This document shows, one piece after another, positions 8,446 through 17,947 of a stretch of DNA of 64,000 nt. Both the position numbers and the translations under genes were made by a program. The notes under the pieces were generated by a model. The model made no database searches. It saw nothing but the letters and a program-made list of their open reading frames with translations, and had not been told where the DNA came from. The DNA lies in assembly GCA_012800315.1 (NCBI GenBank), contig JAAZJO010000010.1:45942-109941 (forward strand). Reading direction: 5' to 3'. This DNA is from Candidatus Falkowbacteria bacterium (GTDB taxonomy: Bacteria; Patescibacteriota; Patescibacteriia; Patescibacteriales; UBA12465). Each line of letters starts with the position of its first letter. The stretch's first letter is position 1.

Positions 8446-11199
8446 TTATTTTAAGTCACCCCAATTATGGCCACGATTTTCTTCAACCACTATCGGTACT
8501 TGTAATTTTATTACCCCCTCCATGATAGCTTTAATTTTAGGCGCATAGAAATCAAGTTTATCTTTTTTAATTTCAAAAATCAATTCATCATGAATTTGTA
8601 ATAACATTTTAATTTCCTCTTCATGTCCATCAATTAGTTGGTTAATTTTTACCATGGCTAATTTAATTAAGTCAGCTGCTGTTCCTTGAATTGGGGTGTT
8701 CATAGCCATCCGCTCAGCCCCTCTTCTGATCATTGGAATATTAGAATTGATTTCTGGTAAATGACGTTTGCGACCAAATAAAGTAATTGTATATTCTTTT
8801 TCCTGAGCTTCTTTAATAGATTTATCAAGCATTTTTTTGACATTGGAAAAAATGGTGAAATATTTTTTGATAAATTCTTTGGCGCGAGCATAAGAAATAC
8901 CAGCTGATTGACTTAAGCCGTGAGGACCTTGTCCGTATAATATGCCGAAATTAATCGCTTTGGCTTCACGGCGCATTTTTTTAGTTACTTCAGACAGGGC
9001 AACGTCGTTAATTTCCGCGGCGGTAGCGGCATGAATATCTTCGCCATTTCGGAAAGTGGCAATCATTTTTTTATCACTAGAGAGATGAGCGGCTAAGCGT
9101 AATTCAATTTGCGAATAATCAAAACTAACAAACTCGTAGCCGGGAGCGGCCACAAAAGCTTCTCTAATTTTACGTCCCTCATCGGTGCGTGTTGGAATAT
9201 TTTGTAGATTCGGATCAGTAGAAGATAAGCGTCCAGTAGCGGTGATGGTTTGATTAAAATTAGTATGTAGGCGTCCAGTTTTGGGGTTGACTAAAGAGGG
9301 TAAGGCTTTAAGGTAGGTGGTTTGTAATTTATTAAGTTCACGATAATCACGTAGCAAGGGGATAATGGGGTGTAAATCATTTAATTTTTCTAATTCTTCT
9401 TCGGCAGTTGAAAAACCAGTTTTAGTTTTTTTGATGTTATTGGTGGGGATGGCTAATTTCTCAAATAAAATTACTTTTAATTGTTTAGTGGAATTTATAT
9501 TAAATTTTTCGGCCGCTAATTTATAAATTTCTTTTTCTAAGTGGCTAATTTTAAGACTAACTTCTTTATTTAAAGCGGTTAGCGGCTTAGTGTCTAATTT
9601 TATTCCGTTATTTTCCATGCTTCCTAAAATTGGCACTAAAGGCATTTCTATTTCAGTAAATAATTTTTTTAATCCAGCTGTGTCTAATTTTTTCTCTAAG
9701 ATTTTTACTAGACGATTAGTAAAATCAGCGTCTTCACAGGAGTAAAGACTAAGTTTTTCCGGATCAAAAGATTGAAAATCAAAAGCGAGCTGCGTCGCTT
9801 GTCCGGCGGCTAAATCTTTTTTATTTATTTTTTCAAAACCAAGTTCGGTAAAAGCAAGAGAATCTAGACTGTGTTGACGATTGCCCGGGTTGAGTAAATA
9901 GGAAGCAATCATGGTGTCAAAAGCTAGTCCAGTTAATTTAATATTTTGATTTTTTAGAACGCGCCAATCAAATTTTAAATTATGACCATATTTTTTTATT
10001 TTTTTGTCTTCTAAAACTGGCTTTAATTTTTTTAAACGATGCTCATTAGCGATGACAAAATACGCTTCGCCAGCTTGCCAGGAAAAACTTAAGCCAATTA
10101 AGTTAGAAGTAAGCGGATCAAGACCAGAGGTTTCCGTGTCAATTGTTATTGTTTTTTGTTTTTTTAAGGCATTGAAAAAGGTGGTGAATTTTTTATCATC
10201 ATTAATTAATTGATAATTAAATTCTTTAGTATTGCGGGCAAATTTTTCTTCCCCACTAGTCATTTGAGTTTGATCATTGCTAGCAGCTTGTTCTTTATTT
10301 AAGGTTTCTCGCAACTCTTTTACTTTGCCAAGTAAAGAATTAAATTCTAATTCACTGAATAATTGGAAAACATTTTTTAAATCAAAATGAGAGTAACTGA
10401 TTTTAGCTAAAGAAAAATCTAACGGGACATTAAGATTAATGGTCGCCAGCTCTTGGCTGAAATAAGCGTCTTCTTTATGTTCTTTGAGTAATCCTAAAAT
10501 ACGCGGTTTTATTTTTGGTGAATTTTTTTCAACTGCCCGATAGAGATTGTCTAAAGTTTTAAATTCAACTAATAAATCGCTGGCAGTTTTTTCGCCAATT
10601 CCCTTAACGCCCGGTATATTATCACTAGCATCACCTCGCAGAGCTTTATAATCAATAATTTGATTAGGATTTAAATTAAAACGCGCCTTTACTTCAGCTG
10701 GTCCATACAAAACACTATCCGATAATCCGCGACTCATAGTATAAACCTTAGTTTGCTCATTAATTAATTGCAAAGTATCTAAGTCGCCAGTGATAATAAT
10801 TTTTTCTAGATTTTTTTCTTTTTTTGTTTTTTCACAAATTGTTCCAATTAAATCATCTGCTTCAAAACCACTAAGTTCAAAAATTGGAATATTAAAAGCA
10901 GTGGCCACTTGTTTAACTAAGGGGATTTGTTCGTATAATTCGTCTGGCGCCTTAACTCGCTTGGCCTTGTAGTCAGCGTAAGCCTCATGGCGGAAGGTTT
11001 TTTCTTTTTTATCTAAAGTTAAAACAACATATTCCGGATGAAACTCATTTAAGGCTTTTAATAAAAAAGAAGTAAAACCATAAACAGCATTAACCAAAAC
11101 CCCTTTTTTAGTGCGCAAAGTTGCCGGTAGAGCATGAAAACTGCGATGAATGAGCGCATTGCCGTCAATAATAACTAGTTTTGCTTTTGTTTTAGACAT
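8446..11199 (-). CDS. polA: DNA polymerase I (5'-3' exonuclease, 3'-5' exonuclease-like and polymerase domains)
   Basis: 917 aa. The 5'-nuclease N-terminus is KLVIIDGNALIHRSFHA. Polymerase motifs are RRxAKAINFGILYGQG and LLQIHDELIFE. Confidence 0.95.
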   Translation of the reverse strand: MSKTKAKLVIIDGNALIHRSFHALPATLRTKKGVLVNAVYGFTSFLLKALNEFHPEYVVLTLDKKEKTFRHEAYADYKAKRVKAPDELYEQIPLVKQVATAFNIPIFELSGFEADDLIGTICEKTKKEKNLEKIIITGDLDTLQLINEQTKVYTMSRGLSDSVLYGPAEVKARFNLNPNQIIDYKALRGDASDNIPGVKGIGEKTASDLLVEFKTLDNLYRAVEKNSPKIKPRILGLLKEHKEDAYFSQELATINLNVPLDFSLAKISYSHFDLKNVFQLFSELEFNSLLGKVKELRETLNKEQAASNDQTQMTSGEEKFARNTKEFNYQLINDDKKFTTFFNALKKQKTITIDTETSGLDPLTSNLIGLSFSWQAGEAYFVIANEHRLKKLKPVLEDKKIKKYGHNLKFDWRVLKNQNIKLTGLAFDTMIASYLLNPGNRQHSLDSLAFTELGFEKINKKDLAAGQATQLAFDFQSFDPEKLSLYSCEDADFTNRLVKILEKKLDTAGLKKLFTEIEMPLVPILGSMENNGIKLDTKPLTALNKEVSLKISHLEKEIYKLAAEKFNINSTKQLKVILFEKLAIPTNNIKKTKTGFSTAEEELEKLNDLHPIIPLLRDYRELNKLQTTYLKALPSLVNPKTGRLHTNFNQTITATGRLSSTDPNLQNIPTRTDEGRKIREAFVAAPGYEFVSFDYSQIELRLAAHLSSDKKMIATFRNGEDIHAATAAEINDVALSEVTKKMRREAKAINFGILYGQGPHGLSQSAGISYARAKEFIKKYFTIFSNVKKMLDKSIKEAQEKEYTITLFGRKRHLPEINSNIPMIRRGAERMAMNTPIQGTAADLIKLAMVKINQLIDGHEEEIKMLLQIHDELIFEIKKDKLDFYAPKIKAIMEGVIKLQVPIVVEENRGHNWGDLK

Positions 11200-11431
11200 A
11201 TTTTAATTTTACCATTAAAAAGACCGGCTGGGTAGTAATTTTAAAAAAACTCCGTAAAATAGAGATTTTTATTAGGTGGATATTAAAAAGCGGGTTTCTA
11301 GTTGTTTGAACGAAAGCCTGAAGGAAATTAAATATAGAGCGAAGTTTTTGGCTAGGCATTTTGTTTAATTTTGCCTTGATTTTATGTAATTTTTGTGATA
11401 CATTGCTGCTATAAAAATAAGTCAAGATTTT

Positions 11432-13771
11432 ATGAATTTTGAAAAAAATATAATTGAAGATCTGACAAAAACTCAAAAAGAATCTTTTTCTGAAAAAAAA
11501 GAAAAGTTAGACTCAGTTAAGGATGTTTTACAAGAAAAATTTGAGCAAGAAAATTTGCCGAAAGATTTAGTTTTGGAGATGATAAATATCAGAAAAGAGA
11601 TAAAAGATAAGATAGAAGAAGAAAATTTTGTTGATAGTTTAGATGAGTCGGTTGATAACCGCATTAAATTATTAATGGCTGAAATTTATAATCCGGAGCT
11701 TAAGGAGGAGGCAGGGGAAATAGAAGAAATTATTGAGAATAAAGAGGGTCGTGTAGAAATTATTTTTAAGGATGGTAAAAAAGAAGTGCTTGGCAACAAT
11801 GAAACAGAGTTATTAAGCTCCCTTCGTTTATATTTTGATTCATATCGCTTAGCTCATAATGCTAGCAAATTTAGAGCTAATATTAATGAGATCAAATCTG
11901 GGATTATTAAAGACAGTCAAGATAGAAAATTGAATTTCTATTCTGAAAAAGAAAAAAAAGAGGAAGTATTGTCTGGTTTACAGGAAAAATATGAGAAAGC
12001 GGGTTTTTCAGAAAAAGAACTTAAGGAATTAATTAAATTTTGTGATTTAAAAGATTTAGATGATTTACCGATTCATGAAATAAAAATAATGAGTAAAATT
12101 CAGGACATATTTTCTCGTTTCATGAAAGGCGACAAAGCAAAATATATTGGGCTTTCGGCGGCTTTAATGATTCCGGCGTTTATTCAAGGTTATGCTCCAA
12201 TGTTGTTTGCTGATGCTTTTAAAAATAATACTACCGACATTAATCAAATAATTTTATTTTCTTTAGCTTCGGTCGGTGGAGCTGGTTTATCAGCATTGAT
12301 TCAAAAGCAATATAAAGATTTTGTAAATAAAAATTATCAAAAGGACGGTGGTGTTAGTGAGTTTACTGCTAAAAATTTAACCGAAATGCCACCTAATGAA
12401 ACTAAAAAGTTTGGTTTAGAGACAGTAAAGCATAGAGCCAGTGAAGGGCGAAATAGTTATGAGAATGTTTTAAATACTTTTAGCTTTAATATTTTACCAG
12501 CTGTCACTACCTTAACGACCAGCGCTGCTATGCTTTATGGGAAAAGCCCAATATTAGCTGCTGGCACAGCTCTAGCTTCGGGCTTAACTATCACTTTAGA
12601 TAAATATTTCCAGAAAGCAGGTAGGTTTTGGGAAAAAGAAAGGAGCGCAGAGAGAACCTCAGAGCAAATGGCTAAAAAACTAAACGAACAGCTGAATGCT
12701 CACATGGAAGTAATTTTGGCCGGCGAAAAGGAAAAGTTTTTTAATGAAATTAGGGAATTTATTGAAAAAGAGAAAATTGCTCAAAGTGAAAAAGGTTTTT
12801 TTAAAGTTTTAGAGGAAGCTTATTTTAGATTTGCCAATTCTATAAATTTAACGCTTCTTGGTGTGACTAGTTTATTAGCCGGGGGAGCGCCAGATAAAAT
12901 GATTGCAGCTGTTCTTTATTCAGGAAACTTTAATCGTGGAATACAAGACTTATTAAGTGCTAAAAGAAGTTTATTAAGATCTTTGCGGAATATAATGCAA
13001 ATGGAGTTAATGTTTAATGGTTATGCTAAGGAAGAGGAGGAAAAAGAAAAAGATCGTATAGGCATTAGCTCAATAAAAAATAATGATATTAACTTAAAAG
13101 ATGTAAATGTTGAATTAGACAATAAAAAAATATTAGATAATGTTAATCTAAATATCCCATCAGGCTCCATGGTTTATTTACAAGGGGCCAGTGGGGCCGG
13201 TAAGACAACTTTAATGAAAATAATTTCTGGTTATTATCAGCCCAGTTCTGGTGAAGTGAAATTTGGTGATGTACCTGTTGAAAATATTAAAAAAACTGGC
13301 GAAGAATCTATTTATAATAAAATTGCCTATTTATCGCAATTTCCTTATTTATTTGATGATAGTTTAAGAAATAATTTGAAATTTGGTTTAAAAACAGAAA
13401 TCAAAGATGAGCAAATCATGGAAACTTTAAATGAAGTAGGGTTAAGTAAAAGATTTAATAATTTAGATGAAAAAATATTTGGTGGCTCTGGTGATGCTGG
13501 TAAAACTTCGGGCGGTGAAACTTCGCGAATTGGCTTAGCTCGTGTTTTATTAAAAATAAGAAGTAGTGATTCAAAATTAGTATTTTTAGATGAACCCACT
13601 GCGTCTGTTGATCAAGATACAAAACAAGATATTGCCGAAATAATTAATAATGAAAAAGCTAAAAGACCAGAAACAACCTTTATTGTTATTAGCCATGATG
13701 AAAAGTTTGTTGAAATGTTAGATTGTAGTATTAGAGTAGAGATGGAAAGGGGAAAAATTATAGAAAAATAA
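11432..13771 (+). CDS. Fused ABC transporter (permease-like TM region plus ATPase) with an unusual ~230-aa K/E-rich N-terminal extension
   Basis: Walker A is GASGAGKTT. An ABC-signature-like TSGGETSRIGLAR follows an insertion GGSGDAGK. Walker B is LVFLDEPTASVD. There are several hydrophobic helices between residues 235 and 500. Confidence 0.7.
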   Translation: MNFEKNIIEDLTKTQKESFSEKKEKLDSVKDVLQEKFEQENLPKDLVLEMINIRKEIKDKIEEENFVDSLDESVDNRIKLLMAEIYNPELKEEAGEIEEIIENKEGRVEIIFKDGKKEVLGNNETELLSSLRLYFDSYRLAHNASKFRANINEIKSGIIKDSQDRKLNFYSEKEKKEEVLSGLQEKYEKAGFSEKELKELIKFCDLKDLDDLPIHEIKIMSKIQDIFSRFMKGDKAKYIGLSAALMIPAFIQGYAPMLFADAFKNNTTDINQIILFSLASVGGAGLSALIQKQYKDFVNKNYQKDGGVSEFTAKNLTEMPPNETKKFGLETVKHRASEGRNSYENVLNTFSFNILPAVTTLTTSAAMLYGKSPILAAGTALASGLTITLDKYFQKAGRFWEKERSAERTSEQMAKKLNEQLNAHMEVILAGEKEKFFNEIREFIEKEKIAQSEKGFFKVLEEAYFRFANSINLTLLGVTSLLAGGAPDKMIAAVLYSGNFNRGIQDLLSAKRSLLRSLRNIMQMELMFNGYAKEEEEKEKDRIGISSIKNNDINLKDVNVELDNKKILDNVNLNIPSGSMVYLQGASGAGKTTLMKIISGYYQPSSGEVKFGDVPVENIKKTGEESIYNKIAYLSQFPYLFDDSLRNNLKFGLKTEIKDEQIMETLNEVGLSKRFNNLDEKIFGGSGDAGKTSGGETSRIGLARVLLKIRSSDSKLVFLDEPTASVDQDTKQDIAEIINNEKAKRPETTFIVISHDEKFVEMLDCSIRVEMERGKIIEK

Positions 13772-13782
13772 TTGAGTTAGAA

Positions 13783-13817
13783 ATAAAAAAAGAGACTTGG
13801 TTAATACCAAGTCTCGT
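13783..13817 (-). terminator. Rho-independent terminator downstream of tRNA-Ala (minus strand)
   Basis: Hairpin gagacttgg-ttaata-ccaagtctc. On the minus strand it is followed by ttttttt. Confidence 0.5.
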
Positions 13818-13821
13818 ATAG

Positions 13822-13894
13822 TGGACCCTACAGGACTCGAACCTGCCACCCCCTGCTTGCAAAGCAGGTGCTCTACCAGATGAGCTAAGGGCCC
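13822..13894 (-). tRNA. tRNA-Ala (anticodon TGC) with a G3:U70 identity pair
   Basis: The reverse complement is gggcccttagctcatctggtagagcacctgctttgcaagcagggggtggcaggttcgagtcctgtagggtcca. The anticodon loop is ttTGCaa and there is a G3:T70 wobble in the acceptor stem. Confidence 0.85.
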
Positions 13895-13981
13895 AAGGAA
13901 GTCATCATAATGATGACTTTTTGATTATAGACGGAATTTTAAAATTTGTGAAGAGGCGACAGCTAATTGGAGGATTTTATT

Positions 13982-14242
13982 CTAATAATTAGGTGTCCCT
14001 GTCTTAATTAATGGGCTAAGTACCCAACCAAAAAATTCTGGTCCGCTACCAGTCATTACGACGATGCCGATAAAAATAATTAATAAGCCAATTAGCTTAT
14101 AACCAAGACGTGTTCCACCTTCGGCTCCTAATTTTTTTTCAAACCAGGCAATTCGCCCAAAATTACTCACTAGCCATTCTGTTTTGATAACCATACCCGT
14201 CCCAGCAGCAATAGCGATTATTCCTAAAATAATTTTCCCCAT
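13982..14242 (-). CDS. Small hypothetical membrane protein (two predicted TM helices)
   Basis: 86 aa, hydrophobic N- and C-terminal segments (GIIAIAAGTGMVI, LIGLLIIFIGIVVMTG). No recognisable family. Confidence 0.35.
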   Translation of the reverse strand: MGKIILGIIAIAAGTGMVIKTEWLVSNFGRIAWFEKKLGAEGGTRLGYKLIGLLIIFIGIVVMTGSGPEFFGWVLSPLIKTGTPNY

Positions 14243-14256
14243 TTTATTTAATTAAT

Positions 14257-15318
14257 TTAATATTTTATATAATTTAAAGGATTATATCGGGTGCCATTAA
14301 TAACCACTTCAAAATGAAGGTGTGGTCCAGTTGATCGTCCAGTAGAACCCATTAACATAATCGTTTGTCCCTTTTCAACTTTATCACCAACTTTAACTAA
14401 TAATTTTGAAGCATGACCATAGCGCGTTCTAACACCATTGCCGTGATCAATTAAAATGGTATTACCATAGCCGCCATTGTATCCAGTTTGAGCAATAATA
14501 ACTGTACCACTATTGGCCGCATAAATTGGTGTGCCGACTTTATTGGCAATATCTAGACCATTATGAGCCCAAGAAAAGTATTGCGTAATACGATTGCCAA
14601 CAGTTGGCCAAACCATTGAAGAACTATTAGTTTTAGTGGTTGACGGGCTAATTAAATCTTTAATCACAGAAACGCCAGTGTAGTTTGTCGTTTTTTTATT
14701 AACAGTAGTGGTTTGTATTTTCTTTGCTCCTGGGAGAATAAGCTGTTGACCAACAGCCAGGGTTTCTCCTAGAGAATTACTGTCTGCAATTTTTTCTAAT
14801 TCAATATCATATTTTTGAGCTATTCTAGCTAAAGTATCTCCTTTTTTAACAGTATATAAAACTCCGCTACATGGCAAAATAGTTAATTTATCTCCAGGAC
14901 GAATCAGACTATAGGTAGATAAATTATTTGCCCATAAAATAGTATTAACGGTAATGCCGAAACGGCGAGAGATAGTAGAGACGGTATCGCCTGCTTGAAC
15001 AATATAATAAATTATTTCTTTACGCTCGCTTACTTCTTCATCGCCATTGATATTTTCTTCTAGTAAACCTGGCTTAAAGACTAAGTCATTTTCTTCATTA
15101 AAGAAAAAGGGTGAGCCATAATTTAAATCATCTTTACCATCCTCCACGTCTTCTTCTTCTTTGGCAATTACATCATAATCATTAAGATATTTGTTTTGAC
15201 TGGCAGCCAGTATGCTATTCGGAGTGGCAATTTCTTCAATTAATTCTTCTTGCTGAACAGTGCTAAAATCTTTTTTAATTAAATTAAACATAACGGACTT
15301 AGACAATTCCGTGCCCAT
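14257..15318 (-). CDS. LysM-domain M23 family metallopeptidase (peptidoglycan endopeptidase); the ORF stays open upstream to about 15666 without an ATG
   Basis: Two LysM repeats (YIVQAGDTVSTISRRFGI and YTVKKGDTLARIAQKYDI). The M23 core is HNGLDIA...GYGNTILIDHGNGVRTRYGHAS...GSTGRSTGPHLHFEV. The in-frame upstream extension encodes a TM helix IYIFIFCLVFIILF. Confidence 0.8.
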   Translation of the reverse strand: MGTELSKSVMFNLIKKDFSTVQQEELIEEIATPNSILAASQNKYLNDYDVIAKEEEDVEDGKDDLNYGSPFFFNEENDLVFKPGLLEENINGDEEVSERKEIIYYIVQAGDTVSTISRRFGITVNTILWANNLSTYSLIRPGDKLTILPCSGVLYTVKKGDTLARIAQKYDIELEKIADSNSLGETLAVGQQLILPGAKKIQTTTVNKKTTNYTGVSVIKDLISPSTTKTNSSSMVWPTVGNRITQYFSWAHNGLDIANKVGTPIYAANSGTVIIAQTGYNGGYGNTILIDHGNGVRTRYGHASKLLVKVGDKVEKGQTIMLMGSTGRSTGPHLHFEVVINGTRYNPLNYIKY

Positions 15319-15702
15319 TGCGCCCGCTCTTTTAGTATTAGTTAAACCAGAGAATAAAATAATAAAAACTAAACAGAAAATGAAAATATAAATTGGTTGT
15401 CGCCAGAGTATTTCTAGGGGGGATTTTTTGATTAAGCCAGTTTTTTTCCAGCGGAAAAGCTGAAAATATATTTTGACTAATATTTTATAAAAAAGTGATC
15501 CGAATAACCAACGAAAAAATCCGGCAATTAGTCGGAATAGGCCGGTGAGTATTTTTTTTAATAACAGAACGCCCTTAATTGCTAATAAGCCGCTTTCAAC
15601 GGCTATTTTTTTTAATTGTTTAGAGAAGGATTTACTAATATGATTATTGAAAAACTCATCCTCATACTATCATTTTTGAGCTTTTTTAGTCAATTTAGCA
15701 AT

Positions 15703-16614
15703 TTATTCCACAATTATAGCAAAAGCTTTTTTATGACCATAGGCCTGAGGCGCTTCTTGACAGTAGGAGGCAATATTTTTTTTAAAATAAGGAGGCTTTA
15801 TTTCTTGAATTTTACCAATTAGATAATAAGATAGAGCAAAAATTAGCCCAAAGCCGGCATTTTTTGGTAATTTTATTTCTAAACGATTTTTTTTAAGTCC
15901 AAAATATTTATTTTCTCCAAAACTGATAACTAATTCCTTAGCCGAATTATTAACAAATTTAGCGTGACGTGCTTCGCCAAAACTAAAGGCGCGCAAAGAT
16001 AAGTAAGGACCAAACAATTCATGTCGCTTTATTTCTAACATGGGTGCGATTGCCCCAAACTCATCTGGTAAAATAAAAGAATAGGCAGTATATTTTTTAA
16101 AATCTTTAGGCAATTTAAGAGTATTGATAAACTTTTTAATACCTAAAGCTTTTTCATTTTTGCCAGCTAAAATCATGCCTAAATAGGTAGAGACATTATA
16201 AGTATATGGTTCTGGTAGTTTTTGATAAACAATTGTTTGGTCGGCTAGCTGAGCAGCGGTAGATTGAGGGCTGCAAGTTAATAAAATAGTTTTTAGCCCA
16301 TTTTTTTTAGCTAATTTTATTTCCCAAATTGAATCTTTTTCACCAGAGGCAGAGATAATAACTGCTTGAGTGATAATTTTTTTTCTAATTAAGGGCTTAT
16401 AGTTAGTGATAATTTTTTTAAAATTACTTTCATTAGCAATAATAGCTGGTTTATCGGAAAAAATTATTTGGCCAGTGTTAAAAGCATTGCCACTACCAAC
16501 GACTAAGGGAAAGCCTAGATTTTTAAGGTTAAGTCGCGCTGGTTGGTTCTTTTCAAAAAAATCAAGAGCGGCTATGACAGTTTCGTTGAGGTTTGGTAAT
16601 TTATTAGGGGTCAT
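15703..16614 (-). CDS. Hypothetical protein, possibly SIS (sugar isomerase)-like fold
   Basis: 303 aa. Weak SIS-like motifs are LVVGSGNAFNTGQI and VIISASGEKDS...LKTILLTCSPQS. Assignment is tentative. Confidence 0.35.
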   Translation of the reverse strand: MTPNKLPNLNETVIAALDFFEKNQPARLNLKNLGFPLVVGSGNAFNTGQIIFSDKPAIIANESNFKKIITNYKPLIRKKIITQAVIISASGEKDSIWEIKLAKKNGLKTILLTCSPQSTAAQLADQTIVYQKLPEPYTYNVSTYLGMILAGKNEKALGIKKFINTLKLPKDFKKYTAYSFILPDEFGAIAPMLEIKRHELFGPYLSLRAFSFGEARHAKFVNNSAKELVISFGENKYFGLKKNRLEIKLPKNAGFGLIFALSYYLIGKIQEIKPPYFKKNIASYCQEAPQAYGHKKAFAIIVE

Positions 16615-16720
16615 ATTTTTAGTTATTTTACTTATTTTTAATTATAATTCATCTTGATTTTTATTTCAATTTACGGTAGGATGGCGATATAATCAAGATG
16701 ATAATTAATGAAGATAATTT

Positions 16721-17440
16721 ATGTCAGGACACTCAAAATGGGCGACAACTCATCGTCAAAAAGCGCTAGTTGATGCTAAGCGGGGCGCTATTTTTACCAA
16801 ATTGGCTAATCTGATAACGATTGCGGCTCGTAAGGGTGGTGATCCTAATTCCAACCCCTCTTTGCGCACAGCCATTGATCAGGCTCGTAATGTAAATATG
16901 CCGAAAGATAATATTGAAAGAGCTATTAAAAAAGGGACGGGCGAATTAAGCGGGGATATTGTTGAAGAACTTTATTATGAAGGTGTTTTGCCGGGCGGAG
17001 TACAAGTAGTGGTTAAGTGTTTAACTGATAATAAAAATAGGAGTGGTTCAACAGTGCGTCATTTATTTACTAAAAATGGCGGCGCCTTTGGTTCAGTTTT
17101 ATGGAATTTTTCGCAATTAGGTGTTATTCGTATCGCTAGTGAACAATTAGCTGAGAAAAAAATTCAGTCTGAGGATTTAGAGCTAGAATTAATTGATCAA
17201 AACATTGTTGATTTTAAAAAAGAAGAAGAGGGGATTGTTGTTTATACAGAAATAAAAGATTTACAAGCAGTGGAAGATTTTTTAGAAAGACGGGGTTTAA
17301 AAATTGAATCAGCCGAAATTGAGTACGTTGCTAAAGATAAAATTTCTATATCAGAGGAGGAGGGGCAAGTGATTGATAGGTTTCTGGAAGAGTTAGATGA
17401 CAACGAAGACGTTAGTGATTATTATACTAATTTACTTTAA
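16721..17440 (+). CDS. yebC: YebC/PmpR family DNA-binding transcriptional regulator
   Basis: Begins MSGHSKWATTHRQKALVDAKRGAIFTKL, the hallmark YebC N-terminus. It sits upstream of ruvC as in many bacteria. Confidence 0.9.
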   Translation: MSGHSKWATTHRQKALVDAKRGAIFTKLANLITIAARKGGDPNSNPSLRTAIDQARNVNMPKDNIERAIKKGTGELSGDIVEELYYEGVLPGGVQVVVKCLTDNKNRSGSTVRHLFTKNGGAFGSVLWNFSQLGVIRIASEQLAEKKIQSEDLELELIDQNIVDFKKEEEGIVVYTEIKDLQAVEDFLERRGLKIESAEIEYVAKDKISISEEEGQVIDRFLEELDDNEDVSDYYTNLL

Positions 17441-17443
17441 TTA

Positions 17444-17947
17444 TTGTTTGTTATGGCAATGGCCAAAATAATTTTAGGAGTTGATCCGGGAATTGCTGAT
17501 ACGGGCTATGGCATAATAAAAGCGGAGGGCAGTCGTTTGACTTGTCTATCTTATGGCTCAATCAAAACTGATAAAAAACTTAGTTTAGCTGATCGTTTAG
17601 AAACTCTGTATATTGAATTGGATAAAATAATAAAAAAATATAAACCGGACCTAGTCTCAATTGAAGAATTATTTTTTAATAAAAATGTTCGTACCGCTTT
17701 GATTGTCGGGCAAGCGCGAGGTGTTGCTCTTTTAACCTTTAAGAAAAATGGTTTAAAAATTGTTGAATACACTCCCTCTCAAGCGAAAGCAGCTGTTTCA
17801 GCTTATGGCCAGGCTTCTAAAATGCAGGTACAAAAAATGGTTAAATTAATTCTTAATTTAGATAAACTACCTCGGCCGGATGACGCTGCTGATGCCTTAG
17901 CGTTAGCTATTTGTGGTTTAAATTCTAATTTATGTCTAAAAAAGTAG
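17444..17947 (+). CDS. ruvC: Crossover junction endodeoxyribonuclease RuvC
   Basis: Catalytic-Asp N-terminus IILGVDPGIADTGYGII. Also has EELFFNKN and AADALALAIC motifs. Confidence 0.85.
   Translation: MFVMAMAKIILGVDPGIADTGYGIIKAEGSRLTCLSYGSIKTDKKLSLADRLETLYIELDKIIKKYKPDLVSIEELFFNKNVRTALIVGQARGVALLTFKKNGLKIVEYTPSQAKAAVSAYGQASKMQVQKMVKLILNLDKLPRPDDAADALALAICGLNSNLCLKK

Noticed and set aside
16406-16657. ORF 16406-16657 (+)
   Set aside because: It is antisense within the 15703-16614 hypothetical CDS and bears no recognisable motif.
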